From assembly GCA_963840855.1 (NCBI GenBank), contig CAWJBB010000069.1:32001-96000 (forward strand): a stretch of DNA of 64,000 nucleotides, in the 5' to 3' direction. Below are positions 18,524-28,466 of this stretch, one piece after another (positions within the stretch are counted from its first letter, which is position 1; the number at the start of each line of letters is the position of its first letter). Position numbers and translations under genes: made by a program. Under the pieces are notes generated by a model. The model searched no databases. It saw only the letters and a program-made list of their open reading frames with translations, and had not been told where the DNA came from. This DNA is from an uncultured delta proteobacterium (GTDB taxonomy: Bacteria; Desulfobacterota; Binatia; UBA9968).

Positions 18524-20640
18524 AGGATCGGCTTCTCCTCTCTAGCAGGCGACAAGTTGGGGAGACTCGACTTTTCCTCGCTAGGGCAGGGAAAGGCGAC
18601 CCGGGCGCGCGTGCCTTTGCCCGGCTCGGAATCAAAAGTGAGTCGGCCACCGTGCAAGCGGACGAGAGAAGAGGTGATGGCCAAACCAAGCCCTGTCCCT
18701 CCGCTGTCTTGCTTGGTGGTGAAAAAAGGATCGCACAAGCGTGCCAGATGCTCCGGCGGAATGCCGACACCTTCGTCGCGCACCTCGAGTACCACATAGC
18801 CCTTGCTGGCGTCGAAGGATGTCGTCACGGTGATTCCGTGTTTCCTGTCAGGCAACGCCTCCACGGCGTTGGTCAGAAGATTGACGACGATTTGCTCCAC
18901 GTGCTGCGCATCTCCCGGCAAGGACGGCAATCCCTGCGCAAGACCGACGTGCATGCGATCCGTGCGGTTCTTGATCAGATGGGCGAGCAAGCGTAGCGCG
19001 CGCTCGACCGCTTCGTTCAACTGTAAGGCGGTATGAGCCCCTCGTCCGCGCGGTCGCGAAAAATGCTTGAGGTCGTCAACGATGCGCTCGATCCGTCGCG
19101 CGCCGTCGTGTACGTCTCGAACCAGCGTGGGTACGGTGCGGCGCATTTCGCTATAAGGTAATCCGCCAAGTGAAAATGCCCCGTGTTCCTGCGCATAGTC
19201 ATCCAAGTTGCCCATAGCGTCATCCCACGCTTGCGCCAGTACCCTTGAGTTCATCAACACGACCTGGTTCGGATTGTTGATTTCGTGCGCCACGCTCGAG
19301 ACCAGCGTGCCCAAGGCGGTCATCTTATTGGCCTGGATGAGCTGCAGCTCCTGCTGGCGGGTGGTTTCCTGCAACTGTTTTTGGGCGGTCAGGTCACGGA
19401 TAATGCCGGTCACGTAGTTGTCGTGCGCCGTCGACCAGGTTGAGAGTGAAATCTCCAGCGGGAACTCACTGCCGTCTTTGCGGACACCGGAGAATTCCAC
19501 CGTAGTGCCAACCAAGCGAGAAGAGCCGGTGGTAGACCATTGCCTGAAGCGCTCAAGGTGAGCCAAATGGTAGCGGGTGGGTATCAGACGCGTGAAAGGA
19601 GTGCCCAGAATTTCCTCCGCCGTGTAGCCAAAGATCGCCTCTGCCATGGCGTTCCAAGAGACGATGTTTCCCGAGCTATCGGCGGAAATGATGGCGTCAT
19701 TGGCTGATTCTGTGATGGCACGGAAGCGTTCTTCGCTGGCGCGCAAGGCGGCGACAGCCTGCTGGCGCTCCCCCATCTCTCTCTCTAGGTCGGTATTGGC
19801 CCGGCGCAAGTCCCGGGCATTCGAGCGCAGTCGCGCAAACTGGTAAAACAAATAGCCAAGCAGGATGACGGCTACGAGGTACAGCAGCACTCGAAACAGT
19901 TGCGCGCGCGCTTCGACACTGTTGGCATACTGGAGCACGGCATTCTGGAGGGCATCTGCATGGGCCGTCGTGGGGGCGGCGATGATCTGGCGCAAGAGGG
20001 TATCGACTCGAGGAAGCATCTCCACAATCAGCCAACCATGTGCGATTAGCGTGTCGAGACCTCGCTGCATGCGCGGGTTAGCTGACAAACGACTGAGCGC
20101 TGCCTCTGCCTCTTTGCCCGCGCCGAGTTCCGACGTGTGTATGAAGCGCACCAGTACGTGCGAGACGGCAGCGATTTCTGCCGCCACGTTTTGCTCCGCT
20201 TTGAACTGTTTGCCGATGTTCTGCCCGGTATGTGTGAAATACCTCAAAGAGTTTTGCAGCAGGGCGTTGTCTGATTTGAAGTACTCGACCAGAGTTAGCT
20301 TCTGTTGCAACGCGGCCGTCAAGGCCTCCGCGTGCTTGCCCATTTCCTTTGGCGCCGCGCCCGATACGGTCGTAATCTCGGCGCGCAGCGCATCCGCTAT
20401 CTGGGAGAGCTGCTGACCGATCCGCGGCAACGAATCATAATTGGAAAGTAGCCCGGCGCGCGCAAGCAATACGTCGCGGGTCAGCTCCGTGTCATGCAGT
20501 TGCAAATTCTGCAATGCCTCTTGCATGCGTGCCCGCCGAGCGAGGTCTGGGTTCCTGCTCTGGATGAGCAAGTAGGTAAGCAGCAGCAGGAGGCCCGCCA
20601 CGATCGACAAAGGCTTCCACAATCTAACTATACTTGTCAC
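18520..20640 (-). CDS. Sensor histidine kinase (DAHL-like periplasmic domain, PAS, HisKA, HATPase)
   Basis: Two TM segments, NYD and FKSDNALLQNSL DAHL-type motifs, PAS, AHEINNP, GTGLGL. Confidence 0.88.
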   Translation of the reverse strand: MTSIVRLWKPLSIVAGLLLLLTYLLIQSRNPDLARRARMQEALQNLQLHDTELTRDVLLARAGLLSNYDSLPRIGQQLSQIADALRAEITTVSGAAPKEMGKHAEALTAALQQKLTLVEYFKSDNALLQNSLRYFTHTGQNIGKQFKAEQNVAAEIAAVSHVLVRFIHTSELGAGKEAEAALSRLSANPRMQRGLDTLIAHGWLIVEMLPRVDTLLRQIIAAPTTAHADALQNAVLQYANSVEARAQLFRVLLYLVAVILLGYLFYQFARLRSNARDLRRANTDLEREMGERQQAVAALRASEERFRAITESANDAIISADSSGNIVSWNAMAEAIFGYTAEEILGTPFTRLIPTRYHLAHLERFRQWSTTGSSRLVGTTVEFSGVRKDGSEFPLEISLSTWSTAHDNYVTGIIRDLTAQKQLQETTRQQELQLIQANKMTALGTLVSSVAHEINNPNQVVLMNSRVLAQAWDDAMGNLDDYAQEHGAFSLGGLPYSEMRRTVPTLVRDVHDGARRIERIVDDLKHFSRPRGRGAHTALQLNEAVERALRLLAHLIKNRTDRMHVGLAQGLPSLPGDAQHVEQIVVNLLTNAVEALPDRKHGITVTTSFDASKGYVVLEVRDEGVGIPPEHLARLCDPFFTTKQDSGGTGLGLAITSSLVRLHGGRLTFDSEPGKGTRARVAFPCPSEEKSSLPNLSPAREEKPIL

Positions 20641-21791
20641 TGTCTCTTCTTCCCTGGCGCTCCGACAGGCCGTCCTTGATATTCTCCGGTTAAGGTATGC
20701 AAAAACTGTATGATCAACCTAATCTCCTCTGCGGTCAGCGTCCTTCCCAACTGAACTCTGATCATCGTCCTCACGGCGTCCTCAAGCGTCTGCGCGCGTC
20801 CATCGTGAAAGTATGGGCCGGTGGCCGCCACATTGCGCAGGCTCGGCACGCGGAACACCTCCCGGTCGCGCGGCGCCTTGGTCACGGCATAGCGCCCCAA
20901 GTCGACGGGGGCGCCGGGGATTTCCGCGCCACTGGCCTCCGCAAAAACGCCGAATTTCTGGTATATGTTGCCGCCGATATTCATTCCCTGATGGCAGGCC
21001 ACGCAGCCGTAGGATTTGAACAGTCCGTAGCCCTGCTGCTCCGCCTCCGTCAGCGCGTGCCGCTCACCGCGCAGATAGCGATCGAAACGAGCATTGGGCG
21101 TCAACAAGGACCGCTCGAAGGTAGCTAGAGCGGCCAACGCGTTGGCTCGCGTCAGGCCTTCGGGGTAAGCGTTGTTGAACCGGGCAACGTAGTCCGCATC
21201 AGCGCGCAACTTAGTGAGGAGCTCCGGCCAAGTCGTGTTCATCAATCTCGGACTCAACAGAACGATCTCGGCTTGGGCCTCTAAGGTTTGGGCGATGCCG
21301 TCCCAATTAAAAGAGGCATTAAATCCCACATTAAAAATTGTCGGGGTATTGCGAGCGGGCGACGAATCGTTGGCAGAGCTGGCACTGCGGCGGCCGTCCA
21401 TGCCGCCTTGGTCTAACGGATGGCAAGCAGCGCAGGATTTCGTATTGTCGCGAGACAGTCGCACATCGTTAAACAACCGTTCTCCGAGTGCCACCCGTTT
21501 CGGATCAAGATCCACGGAAAGCGGAAGGGGCGTAATGGGCTCTTGTGGCCCCGCAGCGGACGAGCTTGAAACCAGCACGCCGATGCGCCAGACCTTCGCC
21601 GGCTGCTGCGCCGCAACCGGCAAGCTAAGCGCGAAGAGCATGGCGCCTAGACCAGAGATCAGAACTCGGATATCGGAGATCGGTTTAACCACAGAGGAAC
21701 AGAGGGCACAGAGAAAGCGCTCCGTGCCTCGGCGGCGAATTTTTACCCTCTGATTTCTGACTGCTGCCCTCTGATCTCCGACCTCTGTCAT
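20637..21791 (-). CDS. Di-heme cytochrome c peroxidase/MauG-family protein with an SBP-derived N-terminus
   Basis: CAACH and CVACH heme motifs, RNTPT, FRVPSLRNV..TGPYFHDG; N-terminus GAMLFALSLPVAAQQPAKVWRIGVL matches the neighbouring SBPs. Confidence 0.85.
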   Translation of the reverse strand: MTEVGDQRAAVRNQRVKIRRRGTERFLCALCSSVVKPISDIRVLISGLGAMLFALSLPVAAQQPAKVWRIGVLVSSSSAAGPQEPITPLPLSVDLDPKRVALGERLFNDVRLSRDNTKSCAACHPLDQGGMDGRRSASSANDSSPARNTPTIFNVGFNASFNWDGIAQTLEAQAEIVLLSPRLMNTTWPELLTKLRADADYVARFNNAYPEGLTRANALAALATFERSLLTPNARFDRYLRGERHALTEAEQQGYGLFKSYGCVACHQGMNIGGNIYQKFGVFAEASGAEIPGAPVDLGRYAVTKAPRDREVFRVPSLRNVAATGPYFHDGRAQTLEDAVRTMIRVQLGRTLTAEEIRLIIQFLHTLTGEYQGRPVGAPGKKRQ

Positions 21792-22776
21792 CTGATCACT
21801 TTATCCGCTCTATACAGCATAGATTGCGCAATTGTTAGGCCGATCTGCTTCGCCGTCTTGAGATTGATCACTAACTCGAACTTCGTCGGCTGCTCGACCG
21901 GCAGATCGGCAGGCTTGGCTCCCTTCAGGATTCTGTCCACGTAATATGCGACGCGCCGGTAGCTGTCCGCGATGTCCGCCCCGTAGGACATGAGTCCACC
22001 GGCATCTACAGGTGCTCTGGTGCTGTACATCGACGGTAGTCGGCTCTTTAACGCAAAGCCCAGAATCCGTCTCCGGTTCGCATTCACAAGCGGACCCGCG
22101 GGAAAATAGAGTCCGTCCGGGCGCTCCTTGTTTAGCGCAGCGAATACCTTCTCGAAACCGTCCGCAGCTCGTACCTCCCAAGGCTGAATAGTCAACCGCA
22201 GTGCACGCGCCGCGACCGGGAGATCCTCTTTCACCTCGCGTACACTGGTCGGACTGGTCGGATCGTAGAGAACCGCCACACGGCCAAGTTTGGGAACCGC
22301 TTCTTTGAGCAGCTCCAGTCGCTTACCGCCAATTTCCGTGCCAAAGCTCGTAGGGCCGGTTACGTTGCCGCCGGGACGGGCAAGGCTTTCAATGTAGCCT
22401 GCCTCGACAGGATCGATCCCACTGCTCGCCATAACGATGGGAATCGTCTTGGTCGCTTTCTTGGCTGCCCCGATCCCCTGTCCCCTACCGCCACGATGAT
22501 ATCAACTTTGAGACGCACCAGCTCGGCTGCAAGCTCAGGGAAGCGATCGACTTTCCCTTCCGCATATCGGTACTCGATGGCGATATTCTGGCCTTCTATG
22601 TATCCCAACTCGCGCAGAGCCAGCCGAATGGCCTCGGAACGGGCGGACTCACTGGCTGGATTGGTATTCGATAGATAGCCTATTCGCGGGACCTTCTTCG
22701 GCTGCTGCGCCGTGGCGGGAAAGCTAAGCGCAAAGAGCATGGCGCAAAGAGCAAGGACGGTGATTTTTCTCTTCAT
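21788..22776 (-). pseudogene. ABC_sub_bind (Trp/Tyr-type) substrate-binding protein, frameshifted near 22470
   Basis: ORFs 22360-22812 and 21788-22432 join into one SBP ending [25 protein letters not shown]; could be a sequencing indel. Confidence 0.8.
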
Positions 22777-22951
22777 ATTTTTCTTTGCCTCTTCCCACTC
22801 GTCACTCGACACATGACACTCGCCCCCCTCACCTTATTGCGCACCTCATTTCGAGCGTTATGTATCACGCGGATGGAGATAAAGGAAAGTGTGATTTACA
22901 CGGCGAAAGACAACAGGTATTCGTCGAGTGGAAAAACCAGATTTTTAGCCT

Positions 22952-23021
22952 GAGATTGAACTGAACGACGCAAAGGACAAATCTCACAGGATTGAGTAGA
23001 TGGAGAATTCAATTCAATCCT
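22952..23021. repeat. 70-bp SBP-array palindrome, copy A
   Basis: GAGATTGAACTGAACGACGCAAAGGACAAATCTCACAGGATTGAGTAGATGGAGAATTCAATTCAATCCT. Confidence 0.9.
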
Positions 23022-23046
23022 GGCAGCGCAGCTTTGTTTTCTTCCA

Positions 23047-24074
23047 TCACTTAATCACCTTGTCCGCCCGCTCCAGTACCCTGGGCGGAAGGGTCAGTCC
23101 GATCTGTTTCGCCGCCTTCAAGTTGATCACAAACTCAAACTTCGTCGCCTGCTGCACCGGCAAATCAGCCGGTTTGGCGCCTTTCAAGATCTTGTCCACG
23201 TAAACAGCCGCGCGCCGAAAGAGGTCATCGAAGTCCGCCCCATAGGACATAAGGCCGCCCTCATCGACAAACTCCTTCTGGAAGTAAATAGCCGGCAACC
23301 GATGCTTGACGGCAAGCTCGACGATGCGCTTTCTTTCGGCGAAAAAAGTGCGACTGCTGATCGTCATAATCCCGCCCACCTGCTTCTGCTTCGCGGTTTG
23401 AAAGGCGCTCTCTAAACCTTTGGCATCGGGTTGAGTTTCTATCTCCTCCAATTTTAGCTTCAGCGCCAGAGCCGCAGGCCTGATCTCTTTCAGTTGGGGG
23501 CTGATCGACGACGTCCGCAGAAGGCCAACTCGGGCGAGCTTGGGGATCGCGTCCTTGAGTACCTCTAGCCTTTTGCTGTTTAGCTCAGTCCCTAAGGACG
23601 ATGATCCAGTGACATTCCCTCCTGGCCGCGCCAGACTGGCAACATGACCGAACCCACGGGGTCCACAGAGTTCGCCAGCACGATGGGGATGGTAGTAGTC
23701 GCTTTCTTCGCCGCTAACGCCGGTGGGTCCCCTGTGGTCACGATCAAATCAACATTGAGACGAACCAAGTCCGCCGCAAGCTCAGCCAAACGCTCAGCGC
23801 CTTTTCCCTCTGCAAACCGGTACTCGATCGCGATATTCTTCCCCTCTATCCATCCAAGCTTGCTCAGCTCTTGTCGGAACGCCTCCGAGAGGACCGCGAT
23901 ACCAGAAGCAGTGCTCCCATCCAGGAAACCTATGCGAGCGACTTTCGCCGGCTGCTGCGCCTCGGCAGACACGCAAAGCGCAAAGAGCATGGCGCCGATC
24001 AGGATTGCGAATTTGAGATTGCGGAGTGCGGATTTTAGATGAACCTGCAAAGAGTCCATTCGAACTCGTTTCAT
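23047..24074 (-). pseudogene. ABC_sub_bind substrate-binding protein, frameshifted near 23645
   Basis: ORFs 23592-24074 and 23047-23451 join via SLARPGGNVTG in a shifted frame. Confidence 0.8.
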
Positions 24075-24116
24075 TGTTTTTCCCTCAATCCGAAATTCGA
24101 AATCCGCAATCCGAAA

Positions 24117-24161
24117 TTACTTAATGACTTTATCCGCTCTCGCCAGCACATTCGGTGGAAT
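24117..24161 (-). pseudogene. C-terminal stub of another ABC_sub_bind gene
   Basis: Encodes IPPNVLARADKVIK*. Confidence 0.7.
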
Positions 24162-24435
24162 CGAGGTCTCCCATAACAACTACGGACAAGCAATAGGCTC
24201 GCGGACGGCGAAAGCTCAGACGCCACGGTTTATCTCATAGTCGAGATATCGCGTCAATTGCCGCAGCAACTTAGGCCGCAAGTAGGGTGCCAATCTGCGG
24301 ACATGTAATGATCTGCGAGATTTATCGAACACAGAACGCTTTTCCGAGAAGTCGCTCGAGTTTCGGGTTCAGAAGGACAAGAAAAGGTAGCTTTTGTGTT
24401 TTCCGGCGAAGCAAAAATGCTTCGCTCGGATAGAA

Positions 24436-24484
24436 TGAACTACCCCGCAGCAAGCTGCGGGGAATTAGACCCATAGAGATTAAA
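24436..24484. repeat. REP/IS200-IS605-end-like hairpin element
   Basis: GAACTA-CCCCGCAGC-AA-GCTGCGGGG-AATTAGACCCATAGAGATTAAA. Confidence 0.55.
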
Positions 24485-24611
24485 TAACCCGGTCCCGCGG
24501 CCTTCTTGACGGCCAGAGCTACGCCGTAATAAGGAATTCTGTAGCATCAACGAGCAGTTGATTGGAGAGTCTATCGTAGGCCTGGAACCCTTGATCCTCA
24601 GGAGGTAAAGT

Positions 24612-25751
24612 ATGGATGCCAGCTCTTTCAAAAGAGTTAAATCCGGCTTTTTTCTCGGCTTGTGGTTGCTCGCCACGAGTAGCCTGGCCGCTGACATAAA
24701 TCCCTCCCTGTTGAAGGCCAAAAAAGACGCTGAGGCCAAAGGCTACATCTTTGAAACCAGCCGCGATGCAATTGTCGCTAAGGCCAGAAAGGAAGGCCGA
24801 GTTAAATCGCTCAGCAGCTTAGAGAACGATGTACATCCTCACCTGATAGAAAGTTTCAGGAAAAAATATCCCTTCCTCGCCGTTGAAATGGTCGACATCC
24901 AAGGACCCGATGCCGCCCAGCGCTTCGTGATGGAAATGAAGGCGGGCACTGTCCGCGAGTGGGACATTGCCAATGTCTCAACCGATTTCTATCCGGAGTA
25001 TCCTCCTTTTGCAAAAAAGTTTGACATTCTTGGAATGGCAGAGCACGGGATCCTGAAGATTTCGCCCAAGATGATCGACCCGCAGCATCGCAACTTCGTA
25101 TCTCTTACGACAGGTATCAGCGTGCCGGTTTACAACAAAAATCTCATTTCAGAGGACAAGGTCCCTAACAGGTGGGAGGATTTTCTTAAGCCTGAGTTCA
25201 AGGGAAAAAAATTCCTGGTCGATCTCCGTCCCCATGTCTTCGCGGCTTTTCCCGCATGCCCGAAAGAAGGCCTTGGCCCAGAGTGGACGATGAAGCTAGC
25301 GAGAGGGTTACGCGACCAAGAGCCGGTATGGTTTCGTGGCAACAGCAGGGGCATTAGCGCGATCCAGTCGGGAGAATATTCGCTTCACTTTGCCATCCAC
25401 TACCAGTCGGTCGTAAGAGCGATGCAGAAAGATCGCGCGGGCGCGCTGCAGCTCAAGATCATCGAGCCGGTGCCGGTCCGGGACTCTAGCTTTGAGACGA
25501 TACTGAGCTCGGCCCCGCATCCGTATGCCGCGCTGTTGCTCCTCGAGCATGAGGCCAGTCCTGAGGGACAGAATTTGGTCGATAAGTACTACCCCCAAGT
25601 AGCGTCGGTTCATTCGCCGGGAAGCCACCTGTCCAGGTTGCTCAAAGGTAAAAAGCTTTGCGTCAACGACTTCGAGACTTTTCACAACTCCGCGAAGTGG
25701 ATGGCGCAGGCGGTCGAGGCTTTTGGCTTTCCCAATGCAGAGGGGAAATAG
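24612..25751 (+). CDS. Extracellular solute-binding protein (Fe3+/family 1-6 like)
   Basis: Signal peptide, [31 protein letters not shown]; paralog at 52904-53971. Confidence 0.8.
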   Translation: MDASSFKRVKSGFFLGLWLLATSSLAADINPSLLKAKKDAEAKGYIFETSRDAIVAKARKEGRVKSLSSLENDVHPHLIESFRKKYPFLAVEMVDIQGPDAAQRFVMEMKAGTVREWDIANVSTDFYPEYPPFAKKFDILGMAEHGILKISPKMIDPQHRNFVSLTTGISVPVYNKNLISEDKVPNRWEDFLKPEFKGKKFLVDLRPHVFAAFPACPKEGLGPEWTMKLARGLRDQEPVWFRGNSRGISAIQSGEYSLHFAIHYQSVVRAMQKDRAGALQLKIIEPVPVRDSSFETILSSAPHPYAALLLLEHEASPEGQNLVDKYYPQVASVHSPGSHLSRLLKGKKLCVNDFETFHNSAKWMAQAVEAFGFPNAEGK

Positions 25752-25759
25752 ATGCGGCT

Positions 25760-25846
25760 CTCGCGCGCATCTCCAACCGCATCAGCAACCATGTCCGCGG
25801 CGTCAACCGCGTCGTCTACGACATCTCCTCGAAGCCACCCGCCACG
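25760..25846 (+). pseudogene. guaA: guaA (GMP synthase) 3'-end fragment
   Basis: Encodes [29 protein letters not shown], the GuaA C-terminus lacking the final IEWE. Confidence 0.85.
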
Positions 25847-26180
25847 GAAGCCAGGACTTTCCTATCACTTGTTCGAGTTTGCGAATTTCTCTAGGTGAGC
25901 GGCGATCACGTTAGCCGCCAATTGATTCCCCGCAATATTCCAGTGTGTAGTCGCGCGCGTCTACGAGCAAACCCGTCTTGTTGGCCTCGCAAATATCCCA
26001 GCAGTTGCTTCCCGGGTTTAGGATTCTGTGATCAGTCATGATTTCAGTAACAATACTGAAGTCGCTGCCTGTTTTCCAGCAAGCGACGATAGCCCGAATC
26101 GTATTATCTCCTCATTGAGAGCGGAGGCCAGCGGAGACGGGGCGTGAGCCGGCACCTATTCCGGAGGCACTCTTTAAAAT

Positions 26181-27146
26181 CTAAGATTTCGAGTCTTTTC
26201 GCTCTGATCTCGTCAGCCGTCGCCGCGTCTTTTGTGGGCACAAGAAGGAAATCGAATGAGCCCCGATTCTAACATCGATGATTTTGGACTGCTTCTTTTT
26301 CTTGCGATCGTCATTTGACCACGGCTTATCATCAATGTGAACCGGAGACCCGTCCCATTCGATTTGTAGATGTCGGCCGCGTTGCACGGTAAGCTTCGCA
26401 TCGACATTCCGTCCACGTATGCAGTGCGTGAGATATCGGCTCAGTTTCTTTTCTTCTCCGTGAACAAGCAGAACGACCTCGAGCAGACCATCGTTGGTGT
26501 CCGCAGTCGGAGCGAGATCCAGGTTTGGACCGACATATCGTATATTCAATGCCTGCAGCAGAATGTAATCGCCCGACAGATCCTCATCATCCAAAAGCAC
26601 CGAAAGTTTCTTCGGAGTGTGTTTTTCTAGCCGTTCCTTTAGAATGGCGAGGACTCTCTCAATTTCGTCGTCGCGGCGAACATCAGCTGCCAGGAGGGGA
26701 TGGTTGCGTTGCTCCAGCTTCAACATTGTCGAGGCAAACAGACCGAATCCAAAACCTTCAATGAAGTAATATGAACCCCATGGCCCATCCACCTCGCCTA
26801 CGTCAAAGTTGACTCGGCGCGCAGAATCCCAGTCGGCAATGAGGGGGTCTAAAGCCCTTCCGGTCAACCCCAAGCTGTGACCGACATTATTGGCGGTGCC
26901 CAGAGGGAGAATCGCAATCGGAGTCGGATTGCCGACCATTCGGCGGGCAACTTTTCCAACGGTGCCGTCTCCGCCGGCAACAGCGATAATATCTGTGGAT
27001 TTCTTCAGCGCCTTTTTCCAATCATTGTCTTTAGAAGAATAATATTTGACCTTATGGCCCGCGGCCTGGATCATATCGGTAATCCGATCACCTGTAGGCT
27101 GTGAGTCGTCACCGGCGGATGGGTTATGAATCAATGTAACTTTAAT
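26181..27146 (-). CDS. Diacylglycerol kinase family lipid kinase (probable ATT or mutated start)
   Basis: HNPSAG, GGDGT, PLGTANN; AAGGAG RBS 10 nt before ATT-AAA-GTT. Confidence 0.8.
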   Translation of the reverse strand: MKVTLIHNPSAGDDSQPTGDRITDMIQAAGHKVKYYSSKDNDWKKALKKSTDIIAVAGGDGTVGKVARRMVGNPTPIAILPLGTANNVGHSLGLTGRALDPLIADWDSARRVNFDVGEVDGPWGSYYFIEGFGFGLFASTMLKLEQRNHPLLAADVRRDDEIERVLAILKERLEKHTPKKLSVLLDDEDLSGDYILLQALNIRYVGPNLDLAPTADTNDGLLEVVLLVHGEEKKLSRYLTHCIRGRNVDAKLTVQRGRHLQIEWDGSPVHIDDKPWSNDDRKKKKQSKIIDVRIGAHSISFLCPQKTRRRLTRSERKDSKS

Positions 27147-27180
27147 TGGTTTGCTTCTCCTTCGTGTACAATTTACCGCT

Positions 27181-27250
27181 AGGATTGAACTGAACGACGC
27201 AACGGACAAATCTCACAGGATTGAATCGTCGGAGAATTCAGTTCAATCCT
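27181..27250. repeat. 70-bp SBP-array palindrome, copy B
   Basis: Perfect 14-bp terminal IR AGGATTGAACTGAA / TTCAGTTCAATCCT. Confidence 0.92.
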
Positions 27251-27275
27251 GGCAGCGCCGCTTGGTTTTCTGCCA

Positions 27276-28265
27276 TCATTTGATCAGCCTATTCGCTCGG
27301 GCGAGCACCTCCGGCGGAATCGTCAAGCCTATCTGCTTTGCCGCTTTGAGATTGATGACGAAATCGAATTTCTTGGGCCGATCCACCGGTATGTCAGCGG
27401 GTTTTGTCCCCTTGAGAATCTTATCCACGATCTCAGCGGCGCGCCGGAGCATCTCTGAACGATCCTCTGAGTAAGTCATCAGTCCACCTGCCTCAACGTA
27501 CCGAACGTTGGGATACACGCCTGGAAGCCGATTCTTTGCCGCTAGCTCTACGATCCGTTTTTGGTGAGAGCTGAGGAACCCGCCGCCGCCGCCCAACATA
27601 AGCGCCTGAGCACGCTTCTTTGTTGCAGCTTGAAATGCCCTTTCGATGTCGTCAGGCCCTTTCACCTCTAAGGATTGGATCCCTAACCGTAAATACCGAG
27701 CCACAGTCTCTGTCTCTTTCATCGCATAGTCCGCCTCTGGATTGGTCGGACTCCAGAGATATCCCACCTGCGAGAGTTTTGGAATTATTTCCTTGAGCAG
27801 TTCAAGCCGTTTTCCGTTTAGTTCGGTGTTAATAGAGGTCAGCCCCGTGATGTTTCCACCGGGGTGTGCGAGGCTCGCGATGATGCCACGCCTTTCGGCA
27901 TCCGCGCCGAATGCCATTACAACGGGGATCGTCTTGATCACTTTTTTAGCAACCTCCGCCGCTTCAGTCCCAGTGGTAACGATAACGTCGCAGTTGAGAC
28001 GGACTAGCTCGGCGGCGAGGTCTGGCAACCGATCAACCTTCCCCTCCGAGAACCGGTACTCGATTGTGAAGTTCTGCTCCTCGACGTAACCGATCTCGCG
28101 TAAACGATCACGAAATGGCTTCACGTAAATTGTTTCAGTAGAAGCATTGCTCGCTCCCAGAAAACATATCCGCGCCACTTTCTTCGGCTGCTGCGCCTCG
28201 GCTATGACTGCAACAGCAAGTAGGATCACTACGAACAGGATTGACAAGACACCAGCTTTTTTCAT
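27276..28265 (-). CDS. ABC_sub_bind substrate-binding protein
   Basis: Signal peptide MKKAGVLSIL..AEAQQ, SLAHPGGNITG, GTKPADIPV. Confidence 0.88.
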   Translation of the reverse strand: MKKAGVLSILFVVILLAVAVIAEAQQPKKVARICFLGASNASTETIYVKPFRDRLREIGYVEEQNFTIEYRFSEGKVDRLPDLAAELVRLNCDVIVTTGTEAAEVAKKVIKTIPVVMAFGADAERRGIIASLAHPGGNITGLTSINTELNGKRLELLKEIIPKLSQVGYLWSPTNPEADYAMKETETVARYLRLGIQSLEVKGPDDIERAFQAATKKRAQALMLGGGGGFLSSHQKRIVELAAKNRLPGVYPNVRYVEAGGLMTYSEDRSEMLRRAAEIVDKILKGTKPADIPVDRPKKFDFVINLKAAKQIGLTIPPEVLARANRLIK

Positions 28266-28370
28266 TGCAGACACCATGTGCGCATTACGCGGAAGGTAGC
28301 AGAGAAAAGTGACATTTACGACAGAAGGCGAAAGGTATTCCGTCGAGTGGAAAAACCAGATTTTTAGCCT

Positions 28371-28440
28371 GAGATTGAACTGAACGACGCAACGGACAAA
28401 TCTCACAGGATTTAGTAGACGGAGAATTCAGTTCAATCCT
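28371..28440. repeat. 70-bp SBP-array palindrome, copy C
   Basis: Near-identical to A and B; the preceding ~40 bp are almost identical to those before copy A. Confidence 0.92.
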
Positions 28441-28466
28441 GGCGTCGCTGTTTGTTTTTCCTGGCA

